From assembly GCA_965261685.1 (NCBI GenBank), contig CBDHDI010000019.1:78005-142004 (forward strand): 64,000 nt of DNA. Reading direction: 5' to 3'. Source of the DNA: Dehalococcoidia bacterium. Lineage in GTDB: Bacteria; Chloroflexota; Dehalococcoidia; UBA2979. Below, one piece after another: positions 20,023 to 29,020 of this stretch; the first letter of the stretch is position 1; every line of letters begins with the position of its first letter. The notes beneath the pieces were generated by a model. The model ran no database searches, was not told where the DNA came from, and saw only the letters and a list, made by a program, of their open reading frames with translations. The position numbers and the translations under genes are program-made.

Positions 20023-21689
20023 CTAAGCCGGGATCCACCGAAGAAGAGCGCATGAGCGGTTGCGGTTGGGTGCTCCGCTGTAGCTGGGACAATGGTTTTG
20101 TACGAATCACGTACCAGCGACAGGGAGCACCCATTAGATGCTACCAACGAGCGACCCCGACCGGATAGACATCGCCTTCGACGACGACCGCCTGGTGGCC
20201 GATGCGGGGCTGCTCCTCCCGGCCACGCTCGCCCAGCATCTCGGTTTGCAAGAGCTCGCCGACAGCTACCTCGACCTCGGTGACGCGCCGGGCCGGGCGA
20301 ACGCCGGCGACAAGCTGCTGACCCTGGTCGCCTCGGCGCTCGCGGGCGGCGAGTGCATCGACGACGCCGCTGCGTTGCGCGCCGGCGGGACGGCGAGCGT
20401 GCTCGGCTGCACGGTGAAGGCGCCGTCCACCCTCGGGACCTTCCTGCGCAGCTTCAGCTGGGGCCACGTCCGCCAGCTCGACCGCCTCAGCCGCAAGTTG
20501 CTCGCCCGCGGCTGGGCGGCCGGAGCGGGACCCGGCGATGCGCCGTTCACGATCGACCTCGATTCGACGCTCTGCGAGACCTACGGCCTGGCCAAGGAGG
20601 GCGCCCGCCAGCCCGGCTACAGCGGCGCGCGCGGCTACCACCCGTTGCTCGCGGTTGCAGCCGGGACGGGTGACGTGCTGATGGCGCGGCTGCGCGAGGG
20701 CCGCGCCAACACCGCTCGGGGGGCCGCACACTTCCTGCGTGAGACGGTGGCGCGGGTGCGCGACGCCGGGGCGAGCGGGCAGCTCACGATGCGCGCAGAC
20801 AGTGGCTTCTACAACCACGCCGTCGTCGCCGCCTGTCGCAAGCAGGATGTCCGCTTCTCAATCACCATTCGCCAGCAGCCGAACGTACGCCGGCTGATCG
20901 AGGCGATCCCGGAAGAGGACTGGACGCCGATCCCGTACTGGCAGGACGACGGCGCCGCTGTCGCCGAGACGACCTACACGCCGTTCCAGCACAAGGAGGA
21001 CGCCGCCCCGGTGCGGCTCATCGTGCGGCGCGTGAAGCCGACGCCCGGCTCCCAGCTCGCGCTCTTCACCAGCTACAGCTACCACGCCTTCATCACCGAT
21101 CGCGCCGGGGAGCTGCTGGAGCTGGAGGCCGACCATCGCCGTCACGCCGAGATCGAGAACGCGATCCGTGACCTCAAATACGGCGTCGGGCTGAACCATC
21201 TCCCCTCGGGCCGCTTCGGCGCGAACGGGGCGTGGCTCGCGGTGCAGGTGATCGCGCACAACCTCGCCCGCTGGACGGCGCGGCTCGGGCTCGGCGAGGG
21301 AATCGTGACGACCAGGACGCTCAGGCGGCGCTACTTCGCTCTCGCCGGACGGCTCACCCATTCTGCACGGCGCTGGACCCTGCACCTCGCGAAGCGCTGG
21401 CCCTGGGCTGGCCAGTGGGCAGCCGCCCTGGCGCGGTTACGGGCGTTACCGCTCCCGGCCTGACGCTCGCTCACAGCGCCAACACGGGTCCGAGGCTCGC
21501 GCCAGCATGCCCGCGCACGCCTCGCGCACCCTCGCGCCGGCGCCCTCAGCGCCCCCGAGCCGCGCTGAGCGACGCTGAGCGACGGCTCCTCGCTCCGGCA
21601 CCGCCCGGCGAACGCCGGCACGCCCGCCGAACGCTCCGGCAGCCCGGCAGCCCGGCAGCCCGCCCCTTCAAGCTTCGATCGGTGGATTC
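20023..21689 (+). mobile_element. IS1380-family element, copy 1 (1,667 bp)
   Basis: Identical to 22870..24536. It encodes a 441-aa DDE transposase. Its ends carry ATCCACCGA-type inverted repeats. Confidence 0.7.
20138..21463 (+). CDS. IS1380-family DDE transposase (copy 1)
   Basis: 441 aa, identical to the ORF at 22985..24310. The N-terminus IAFDDDRLVADAGLLLPATLAQHLGL is typical of IS1380 transposases. Confidence 0.75.
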   Translation: MLPTSDPDRIDIAFDDDRLVADAGLLLPATLAQHLGLQELADSYLDLGDAPGRANAGDKLLTLVASALAGGECIDDAAALRAGGTASVLGCTVKAPSTLGTFLRSFSWGHVRQLDRLSRKLLARGWAAGAGPGDAPFTIDLDSTLCETYGLAKEGARQPGYSGARGYHPLLAVAAGTGDVLMARLREGRANTARGAAHFLRETVARVRDAGASGQLTMRADSGFYNHAVVAACRKQDVRFSITIRQQPNVRRLIEAIPEEDWTPIPYWQDDGAAVAETTYTPFQHKEDAAPVRLIVRRVKPTPGSQLALFTSYSYHAFITDRAGELLELEADHRRHAEIENAIRDLKYGVGLNHLPSGRFGANGAWLAVQVIAHNLARWTARLGLGEGIVTTRTLRRRYFALAGRLTHSARRWTLHLAKRWPWAGQWAAALARLRALPLPA

Positions 21690-21693
21690 CTAA

Positions 21694-22869
21694 GGATGGT
21701 CTGAACAACTCGCCTGAGCGCGTGAGCGGATGCGATCATGGGCGGACCCGGAGAGGGGCGCCCCATGCAGCAGCGTTCGTTCGGCAGCGTCGAGTACGAG
21801 CACAAGAAGGTCAAGACGAGGCGGCAGACGTTCCTCGAGCGCATGGACAGGCTCGTCCCCTGGGCTGAGCTGGAGCAGCGCATCACGCCCGTCTACCCGA
21901 AGCCGGGCCGCGGACGCCGCCCCTACCCGCTGCGCGTGATGCTGCGCATCCACTGCCTGCAGCTCTGGTTCAACCTCAGCGACCCCGGCATGGAGCAGGA
22001 ACTCTACGACTCCCGCTCGATGCTCGAGTTCGCCGGTCTCAGCCTCTCCGAGCCGATTCCCGATGAGACGACGGTCCTCCATTTCCGCCATCTGCTGGAG
22101 CGTCATCAGCTGGGAACGGCGCTGTTCGCGACCATCAACGCGCATCTCGCAGCGCGCGGTCTGCAGGTGCGCGAGGGCACGATCGTGGACTCCACGATCA
22201 TCAGCGCGCCGTCATCGACGAAGAACCGGGAGCGTGCGCGCGACCCCGAGATGCACCAGACCAGAAAGGGCCGGCAGTGGTACTTCGGGATGAAGCTGCA
22301 CAGCGGCACGGATGCGCGGACGGGGCTGGTCCACAGCGTGCACACGACGGCGGCGAACATCGCCGACGTGACCGAGGTGCACCGCCTGTTGCACGGCGCT
22401 GAGAGCGCGGTGTGGGGTGATGCCGGCTACCAGGGAGTGGAGAAGCGCCCGGAGCACGCGGGTTCGGAGGTGAGCTGGCAGGTGGCGATGCGCCCGGGTC
22501 TCAGGCGGCTGCTGCCGCCGGGCGGCGCTGAGGCACAGGCGGAGCGGCGCAAGGCCTCAGTGCGAGCGAAGGCGGAGCATCCGTTTCTCTACGTGAAGCG
22601 GCACTTCGGGTACGCGCAGGTCCGCTACCGGGGTCTTGAGAAGAACCGCCAGCGGCTCGCGCTGCTGCTCGGTTTCGCGAACCTGTTGCGAGCCGAGCCT
22701 CAGCTCGCCTGATCGCGGGAGCGCTGCGTCCGGAATCGCCCGCCGAAGCGCTTCCGGAGCGACATGGAGGCGAGACCACCCCCTGAACCGCGGTATCGGC
22801 CCCCACAGCGCGGCGCGGTACGCCGATCGACCCGCACCGCGCCCGATACGCCACCTGTTCAGACCATCC
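21694..22869 (+). mobile_element. IS5-family insertion sequence (1,176 bp) with inverted repeats GGATGGTCTGAACA and a 4-bp TSD CTAA
   Basis: Left IR GGATGGTCTGAACAACTC. The right end TTCAGACCATCC is its reverse complement. CTAA lies at 21690-21693 and 22870-22873. The element is inserted exactly at the junction of the two IS1380 copies. Confidence 0.8.
21738..22712 (+). CDS. IS5-family DDE transposase
   Basis: 324 aa; FLERMDRLVPWAELEQRI...RPYPLRVMLRIHCLQLWFNLSDPGMEQELYDSRSMLEF is the conserved IS5-family N-terminus. Confidence 0.85.
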   Translation: MGGPGEGRPMQQRSFGSVEYEHKKVKTRRQTFLERMDRLVPWAELEQRITPVYPKPGRGRRPYPLRVMLRIHCLQLWFNLSDPGMEQELYDSRSMLEFAGLSLSEPIPDETTVLHFRHLLERHQLGTALFATINAHLAARGLQVREGTIVDSTIISAPSSTKNRERARDPEMHQTRKGRQWYFGMKLHSGTDARTGLVHSVHTTAANIADVTEVHRLLHGAESAVWGDAGYQGVEKRPEHAGSEVSWQVAMRPGLRRLLPPGGAEAQAERRKASVRAKAEHPFLYVKRHFGYAQVRYRGLEKNRQRLALLLGFANLLRAEPQLA

Positions 22870-24536
22870 CTAAGCCGGGATCCACCGAAGAAGAGCGCAT
22901 GAGCGGTTGCGGTTGGGTGCTCCGCTGTAGCTGGGACAATGGTTTTGTACGAATCACGTACCAGCGACAGGGAGCACCCATTAGATGCTACCAACGAGCG
23001 ACCCCGACCGGATAGACATCGCCTTCGACGACGACCGCCTGGTGGCCGATGCGGGGCTGCTCCTCCCGGCCACGCTCGCCCAGCATCTCGGTTTGCAAGA
23101 GCTCGCCGACAGCTACCTCGACCTCGGTGACGCGCCGGGCCGGGCGAACGCCGGCGACAAGCTGCTGACCCTGGTCGCCTCGGCGCTCGCGGGCGGCGAG
23201 TGCATCGACGACGCCGCTGCGTTGCGCGCCGGCGGGACGGCGAGCGTGCTCGGCTGCACGGTGAAGGCGCCGTCCACCCTCGGGACCTTCCTGCGCAGCT
23301 TCAGCTGGGGCCACGTCCGCCAGCTCGACCGCCTCAGCCGCAAGTTGCTCGCCCGCGGCTGGGCGGCCGGAGCGGGACCCGGCGATGCGCCGTTCACGAT
23401 CGACCTCGATTCGACGCTCTGCGAGACCTACGGCCTGGCCAAGGAGGGCGCCCGCCAGCCCGGCTACAGCGGCGCGCGCGGCTACCACCCGTTGCTCGCG
23501 GTTGCAGCCGGGACGGGTGACGTGCTGATGGCGCGGCTGCGCGAGGGCCGCGCCAACACCGCTCGGGGGGCCGCACACTTCCTGCGTGAGACGGTGGCGC
23601 GGGTGCGCGACGCCGGGGCGAGCGGGCAGCTCACGATGCGCGCAGACAGTGGCTTCTACAACCACGCCGTCGTCGCCGCCTGTCGCAAGCAGGATGTCCG
23701 CTTCTCAATCACCATTCGCCAGCAGCCGAACGTACGCCGGCTGATCGAGGCGATCCCGGAAGAGGACTGGACGCCGATCCCGTACTGGCAGGACGACGGC
23801 GCCGCTGTCGCCGAGACGACCTACACGCCGTTCCAGCACAAGGAGGACGCCGCCCCGGTGCGGCTCATCGTGCGGCGCGTGAAGCCGACGCCCGGCTCCC
23901 AGCTCGCGCTCTTCACCAGCTACAGCTACCACGCCTTCATCACCGATCGCGCCGGGGAGCTGCTGGAGCTGGAGGCCGACCATCGCCGTCACGCCGAGAT
24001 CGAGAACGCGATCCGTGACCTCAAATACGGCGTCGGGCTGAACCATCTCCCCTCGGGCCGCTTCGGCGCGAACGGGGCGTGGCTCGCGGTGCAGGTGATC
24101 GCGCACAACCTCGCCCGCTGGACGGCGCGGCTCGGGCTCGGCGAGGGAATCGTGACGACCAGGACGCTCAGGCGGCGCTACTTCGCTCTCGCCGGACGGC
24201 TCACCCATTCTGCACGGCGCTGGACCCTGCACCTCGCGAAGCGCTGGCCCTGGGCTGGCCAGTGGGCAGCCGCCCTGGCGCGGTTACGGGCGTTACCGCT
24301 CCCGGCCTGACGCTCGCTCACAGCGCCAACACGGGTCCGAGGCTCGCGCCAGCATGCCCGCGCACGCCTCGCGCACCCTCGCGCCGGCGCCCTCAGCGCC
24401 CCCGAGCCGCGCTGAGCGACGCTGAGCGACGGCTCCTCGCTCCGGCACCGCCCGGCGAACGCCGGCACGCCCGCCGAACGCTCCGGCAGCCCGGCAGCCC
24501 GGCAGCCCGCCCCTTCAAGCTTCGATCGGTGGATTC
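22870..24536 (+). mobile_element. IS1380-family element, copy 2 (identical tandem copy)
   Basis: Nucleotide-identical to 20023..21689. Its right end abuts truncated hsdS. Confidence 0.7.
22985..24310 (+). CDS. IS1380-family DDE transposase (copy 2)
   Basis: 441 aa, identical to copy 1. Confidence 0.75.
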   Translation: MLPTSDPDRIDIAFDDDRLVADAGLLLPATLAQHLGLQELADSYLDLGDAPGRANAGDKLLTLVASALAGGECIDDAAALRAGGTASVLGCTVKAPSTLGTFLRSFSWGHVRQLDRLSRKLLARGWAAGAGPGDAPFTIDLDSTLCETYGLAKEGARQPGYSGARGYHPLLAVAAGTGDVLMARLREGRANTARGAAHFLRETVARVRDAGASGQLTMRADSGFYNHAVVAACRKQDVRFSITIRQQPNVRRLIEAIPEEDWTPIPYWQDDGAAVAETTYTPFQHKEDAAPVRLIVRRVKPTPGSQLALFTSYSYHAFITDRAGELLELEADHRRHAEIENAIRDLKYGVGLNHLPSGRFGANGAWLAVQVIAHNLARWTARLGLGEGIVTTRTLRRRYFALAGRLTHSARRWTLHLAKRWPWAGQWAAALARLRALPLPA

Positions 24537-24794
24537 GAGCTTAAGCTCGTCGGCCTTTTCGTCAGTTACGTAGACGTAGCCCTCGTCGATCAGTCGGTTG
24601 CCCGCGAGGTTGCTACCTCGGATGACTGGGACACCACTCGCCACGAAGTTGTCGGTCTTGATGCGCGATCCGAATGGGCCCATGGCTATCGCGTTCGGGG
24701 TCGCCGCCTTCAGGTCATCAATCTTGACAAGTCGCTGTTCGACGTCGCTAGGCAAGGTCGTCGAACCTGGCCCTGATCTCGTCTTGCAGTGCAC
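24537..24794 (-). pseudogene. hsdS: Truncated type I restriction-modification specificity subunit HsdS (N-terminal ~85 aa only)
   Basis: The minus-strand frame reads ...NAIAMGPFGSRIKTDNFVASGVPVIRGSNLAGNRLIDEGYVYVTDEKADELK, the characteristic HsdS target-recognition stretch. It overlaps the hsdM stop. The frame continues into IS1380 sequence at 24536. Confidence 0.6.
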
Positions 24795-26298
24795 TGGCCT
24801 GGGCGAACTGCTCTTCGAGCTCTCTAGTCAGCCGCGCCATCTTTTGCTGGAAGGGCTCGCCGTCATCCTCCCGCGGCTCCGCCCCGACGTAGCGGCCTGG
24901 AGTGAGCACGTAGCCATGCTGCGCGATCTCCTCGATGGCTGCCGAACGCACGAAGCCGGGCACATCCCTGTACCCGTCGGCGCCAGCATCGCCGCGCCAT
25001 GCGTGGTAGGTCGAGGCGATGCGTGCGATGTCGTCCGCGGTCAGCTCGCGATGGGTACGATCGACGAGAGAGCCCATCCTGCGTGCATCGATGAACAGCA
25101 CCTCACGCCGCCGGTCGCGGAAGCGGTGGTTCCGCTTGTCGCGCGCGAGGAACCAGAGGCAGACTGGGATTTGTGTCGAGTAGAAGAGCTGGCCCGGCAG
25201 CGCCACCATGCAGTCGACGAGATCGGCCTCGATGATCGCCCTACGGATCGCACCCTCACCCGAGGTGCTGGAAGACATCGAGCCGTTGGCCAGCACAAAG
25301 CCGGCTTGCCCGTGGGGCGCGACGTGGTGGATGAAGTGCTGTACCCACGCGAAGTTGGCGTTGTTGGCTGGCGGTGCGCCGTACGCCCAGCGCTGGTCCT
25401 CGCGCAGCAGATCGCCGCGCCAGTCGCTGGCGTTGAAGGGCGGGTTCGCGAGTACGTAGTCGGCGCGCAGGTCCGGGTGCTGGTCGTCGTGGAACGCGTC
25501 ACCGTACGCGATCTGCGCATCAATGCCCCGAATGGCAAGGTTCATCTTGGCGAGCCGCCACGTCGTATGATTCGACTCTTGGCCGTAGATGCTGATCGCG
25601 CCGACGTTCCCGCCGTGCGCCTCGACGAACTTCTCGCTCTGTACGAACATGCCGCCGGAGCCGCAACAAGGGTCGTACACGCGCCCCTCGTAGGGGGCGA
25701 GCATCTCGACGAGCAGCTGGACCACGTGCTGGGGCGTATAGAACTGCCCACCTCGCTTGCCTTCGGCGCTGGCGAATTGCGACAGAAAGTACTCGTAAAC
25801 GCGTCCGAGCACGTCTTGCGACCTAGCGGCGTCGCTCCCCACCTCAATGTTGCTGACCAGCCGGATCAGCGAGCCGAGCGCCACCTTGTCGAGCCCGGGC
25901 CGTGAGTAGTCCTTCGGCAGCACGCCCCGAAGCGAGTCGTTCTCGGCCTCGATGGCGGCCATCGCCTCGTCGACGCGCTCGCCAATCGTGGGCTGCGGCG
26001 CCTCCGCCTGGATGCGCTGCCAGCGAGCGGACCGGGGGACCCAGAACACGCGCTCAGCGTCGTACTCGTCGGGGTCCTCAGGGTCGGCGCCCTCGCCGAT
26101 CTCTGCCTCGAGCTTCGCGTGCTGAGCCTCGAATGCATCGGAGATGTACTTGAGGAAGATCAGCCCGAGCACGACGTGCTTGTACTCGGCCGCGTCCATG
26201 TTGTTTCGGAGGGCGTCCGCCATTTCCCAAAGCTTCTGCTCGAAATCGGAACCCAGCGTAGCGCCACCGTTGGCTATCGCCTGCCGCTGTGGAGGCAT
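24748..26298 (-). CDS. hsdM: Type I R-M N6-adenine DNA methyltransferase HsdM
   Basis: 516 aa. It has the HsdM N-terminal domain ([39 protein letters not shown]), the SAM-binding motif [10 protein letters not shown] and the catalytic VLANPPFN. Confidence 0.85.
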   Translation of the reverse strand: MPPQRQAIANGGATLGSDFEQKLWEMADALRNNMDAAEYKHVVLGLIFLKYISDAFEAQHAKLEAEIGEGADPEDPDEYDAERVFWVPRSARWQRIQAEAPQPTIGERVDEAMAAIEAENDSLRGVLPKDYSRPGLDKVALGSLIRLVSNIEVGSDAARSQDVLGRVYEYFLSQFASAEGKRGGQFYTPQHVVQLLVEMLAPYEGRVYDPCCGSGGMFVQSEKFVEAHGGNVGAISIYGQESNHTTWRLAKMNLAIRGIDAQIAYGDAFHDDQHPDLRADYVLANPPFNASDWRGDLLREDQRWAYGAPPANNANFAWVQHFIHHVAPHGQAGFVLANGSMSSSTSGEGAIRRAIIEADLVDCMVALPGQLFYSTQIPVCLWFLARDKRNHRFRDRRREVLFIDARRMGSLVDRTHRELTADDIARIASTYHAWRGDAGADGYRDVPGFVRSAAIEEIAQHGYVLTPGRYVGAEPREDDGEPFQQKMARLTRELEEQFAQASALQDEIRARFDDLA

Positions 26299-26301
26299 GT
26301 C

Positions 26302-26517
26302 TCATCCCTTGGCCACGCCCATGTAGTGCTGGGCGATGGCGGTGCCCGCAACTACCATGCGGTGGCGAGCATTGTAGCGATGGAGCCAGTGCAGGGTCTG
26401 GCGCATCCGTTCTGGTAGCTGAGGGGGAGCAAAGTAACCCGCATGCGTGCATGGGCAGGGAAAGTCGTCGCACTCTTGGAGCGATGCCCTCCCCGCTCCA
26501 GGTACGTCCCTTCCCAT
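26302..26517 (-). CDS. Small hypothetical protein (71 aa, CxC-containing) immediately upstream of hsdM
   Basis: The ORF ends 4 nt before the hsdM start. Its coding status is unsupported beyond position and frame. Confidence 0.3.
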   Translation of the reverse strand: MGRDVPGAGRASLQECDDFPCPCTHAGYFAPPQLPERMRQTLHWLHRYNARHRMVVAGTAIAQHYMGVAKG

Positions 26518-26650
26518 CAGTAGGTGACGGCGAGGGCTAGGACAACGGAGCGTCCCGCTGGGGTGGATTCGTGTGGTCAGGGTCGTCTCCCCACACGCCG
26601 GCGTGACAGCCAGGCGGGCGCGCGCGTCTCACGGCGACCGGAGGTGAAGA

Positions 26651-27940
26651 TTGATCAGGCAAGGGCATGAGACTGTCGACGAGTTCGAGAGGAAACTCCG
26701 CACTCTTGGGCCGACTGATGTGCGGTTGCTAGTGCACCGAGCTGCCGAAGAGCGTTCCTTGGTCACGGTTGTTGTCAACGCAGGCCATGACATGGCTGCG
26801 TTAGCTGACGAGACCTACGACTACGGCGAGGTAGTCTTTCTCAAGGCCGTCCTTGATGGTGCCGACGTGGCCGACTGGCTCGCGGAAGGGAGGGGCGAGG
26901 TAGGCGGCCTGACGTTCACCTTGCGTGAACCCACCGCGGACTGCTCATGGGAGCGCTGGGAGAGCCGCAGACAGGCCCACTACGGAACCCTCTTCGCCAT
27001 GCCTCACACCGACTATCGGGTCCTCTCGCAGAACAGCACGCAACCGTCGTGGCCGGGCACCGTGCTCGCCGGGGCAGGTCTACCGTTCTTTCCGGACGTG
27101 AACGTCGCCGCCGCGTCCGTACTCTTCGGCGTCCACTCGATGCCCGGCGGCCGGACCATCCCGTCCGAGATGATGCTCGTGCGGATCGCCCACCCCGAGG
27201 CCTACTTCGAGAAGCTCCGGGTCTCTTCCACCTCCATCGTCGCCTCGGTGCTCGGCGAGGACCTCGAGGATGTGCACCTCCAGGTGTCCTCGGCGGGAGA
27301 GCGACACGAGACACCCGTCGGGCAACCAGGGGATATCCATCTGCCAATCAGCGGCGCCGACAGCACCGACACATGGGTGGCGCTCACTCGCAGGCAAGAG
27401 TGCCTCGACTTCCGCACGATCAGCAGTCGCTGGCCCGATTCGCTGGCGCAGCGAGATATCGTCTACGAGCCCGAAGACCTCAACGAGAGACTCGACCTGA
27501 TTCGACTGGGAGGCGAGAACGAAACGGTCGAGTTCAAAGAGGCGGTACCGAAGGGCGACCGCATCGCAAAGGCTGTTGCCGCGTTCGCAAACGGTCGCGG
27601 TGGCACGATCATCGTCGGGATCCGCGACGGCACCGGGGAGGTTACCGGGATTATGGGCGACGTGACCGCCGCCCGCGATCGCCTCGATAACATCGTCCGC
27701 AGTGGCGTCGATCCTCCTCCGGAGTATGAGCTGAGCACCTGCACCCTTGCGGGGCGCACCGTGATCGCAATGCGCGTGGCCCCTGGAGATCAACGGCCGT
27801 ATGGGGCGGTCGTCAAGGGTGGAATCCGGTACTACGTGCGCCGCGGCGCGAACAACTGGGTCGCGCAGCCCGAAGAGGTGCGGGTGATCGCTTGCCCCCG
27901 TCAGTCCGACGACCAGGAGCCGTTTCTCCAGTGGGAGTGA
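26651..27940 (+). CDS. Protein with a C-terminal AlbA_2 (Schlafen-like, divergent AAA) domain and a ~290-aa N-terminal domain of unknown function
   Basis: ETVEFKEAVPKGDRIAKAVAAFANGRGGTIIVGIRDGTGEVTGI is the AlbA_2/Schlafen core motif (E.K....... then FAN..GG.I..G). Confidence 0.7.
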   Translation: MIRQGHETVDEFERKLRTLGPTDVRLLVHRAAEERSLVTVVVNAGHDMAALADETYDYGEVVFLKAVLDGADVADWLAEGRGEVGGLTFTLREPTADCSWERWESRRQAHYGTLFAMPHTDYRVLSQNSTQPSWPGTVLAGAGLPFFPDVNVAAASVLFGVHSMPGGRTIPSEMMLVRIAHPEAYFEKLRVSSTSIVASVLGEDLEDVHLQVSSAGERHETPVGQPGDIHLPISGADSTDTWVALTRRQECLDFRTISSRWPDSLAQRDIVYEPEDLNERLDLIRLGGENETVEFKEAVPKGDRIAKAVAAFANGRGGTIIVGIRDGTGEVTGIMGDVTAARDRLDNIVRSGVDPPPEYELSTCTLAGRTVIAMRVAPGDQRPYGAVVKGGIRYYVRRGANNWVAQPEEVRVIACPRQSDDQEPFLQWE

Positions 27941-28205
27941 TCGAGGACTTGTGCAGCATCGCCCCTCCCTTCAGGGATCGCGCCGGTAGGCCACGGGCGA
28001 GCTGGCCTGCGGGGGAGCGATGTGGAGCCGCACGCGGTGGCCTGCATGTGGCCTGAACGCAGAGAACCCGCACACATCGACGCGCAACAGGGAGGTGCGC
28101 GCGCACCATGCGCCCGCCGAGTTCCGTCCAGCGCATAAGCTCAGCACTGATGGGAGCGAATGTGCTCGAGGGGCGCACTCGCTCGGCTGGCGAGGAGGCC
28201 TGCGC

Positions 28206-28847
28206 ATGCGCTTCTGGATCAACAAGTACCGCCCCCTGGCGGCGTCGAAGGGTGGAATCCGGGCAGCCGACCGGGCCGGGGAACCATTGTTCGTGGACGC
28301 GTCGCACAGGCGCGAGCCGTACCTGTCCGAGAAACTTGCCACGATCTCCTCGATCTGCAGGGGCATGCAGTTCGCTCCTCGACTCAGGAAGGGAGACGCG
28401 GTCGTCTACCTCACAACGAAGCTGTACGCAGGTGACGCGCAGGGGTCGAACCGGCTTACGGCAGTGCTCGAACTCGTGGAGCAGTTCCAGTCACATGAAG
28501 AGGCCGCTGCGTGGCTGAAGCGGAAGGGACTCCCAGTTCCCCCCAATTGCCTTGTCGAAGGGTGCGATGGTCTGCACCGCGACTTCTGCGCGCCGTGTTC
28601 GACCGATACGCGTCACGACGCGGAAGCGCGCTACAGGAGTCGAGTAGAGCGATACCCCGTTTACTTCATCTGCTGCCCCCTCTGGCTCGACCTCAAGTCG
28701 CCCCCAATCGTGACAGACGCGATCATGAAGCGTGCGCTGGGGAAGGTCGTCCCTCGAACTCCGATCACCTGGAAGCGAAGGGAGGTCGAAGCCCTCCTGG
28801 AGGAAGTCGGGGTGGGCGCTGACTGTCTGCCAGTTTGTGAGGTGTAG
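28206..28847 (+). CDS. Hypothetical protein (214 aa, Cys-rich)
   Basis: An internal ATG at 28206 (MRFWINKYRPL...) gives a plausible start; the six-frame ORF begins earlier at 28020. It lies downstream of the AlbA_2 gene on the same strand. No motif recognised. Confidence 0.4.
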   Translation: MRFWINKYRPLAASKGGIRAADRAGEPLFVDASHRREPYLSEKLATISSICRGMQFAPRLRKGDAVVYLTTKLYAGDAQGSNRLTAVLELVEQFQSHEEAAAWLKRKGLPVPPNCLVEGCDGLHRDFCAPCSTDTRHDAEARYRSRVERYPVYFICCPLWLDLKSPPIVTDAIMKRALGKVVPRTPITWKRREVEALLEEVGVGADCLPVCEV

Positions 28848-28976
28848 TGACCCGGCTCTGGGGGCAGCACCCCTGGCTTCCAGGCTCTGCGATGCGCCAC
28901 AGGACGTGAGCGAAGATCCGCGAACGGATTGACCAGGGGGTTAAGCGCCAAAGAGCCGCAGACATCGACGGGCAGA

Positions 28977-29006
28977 GGGAGGACACCGCGTCTGCGGTGT
29001 CCTCCC
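28977..29006. terminator. Perfect 13-bp stem hairpin (GGGAGGACACCGC / GCGGTGTCCTCCC, 4-nt loop) between convergent genes
   Basis: Seen directly at 28977-29006. It sits between the + gene ending at 28847 and the - gene ending at 29021, and could act as a bidirectional intrinsic terminator. Confidence 0.5.
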
Positions 29007-29020
29007 CCGTGTCGACCGGC

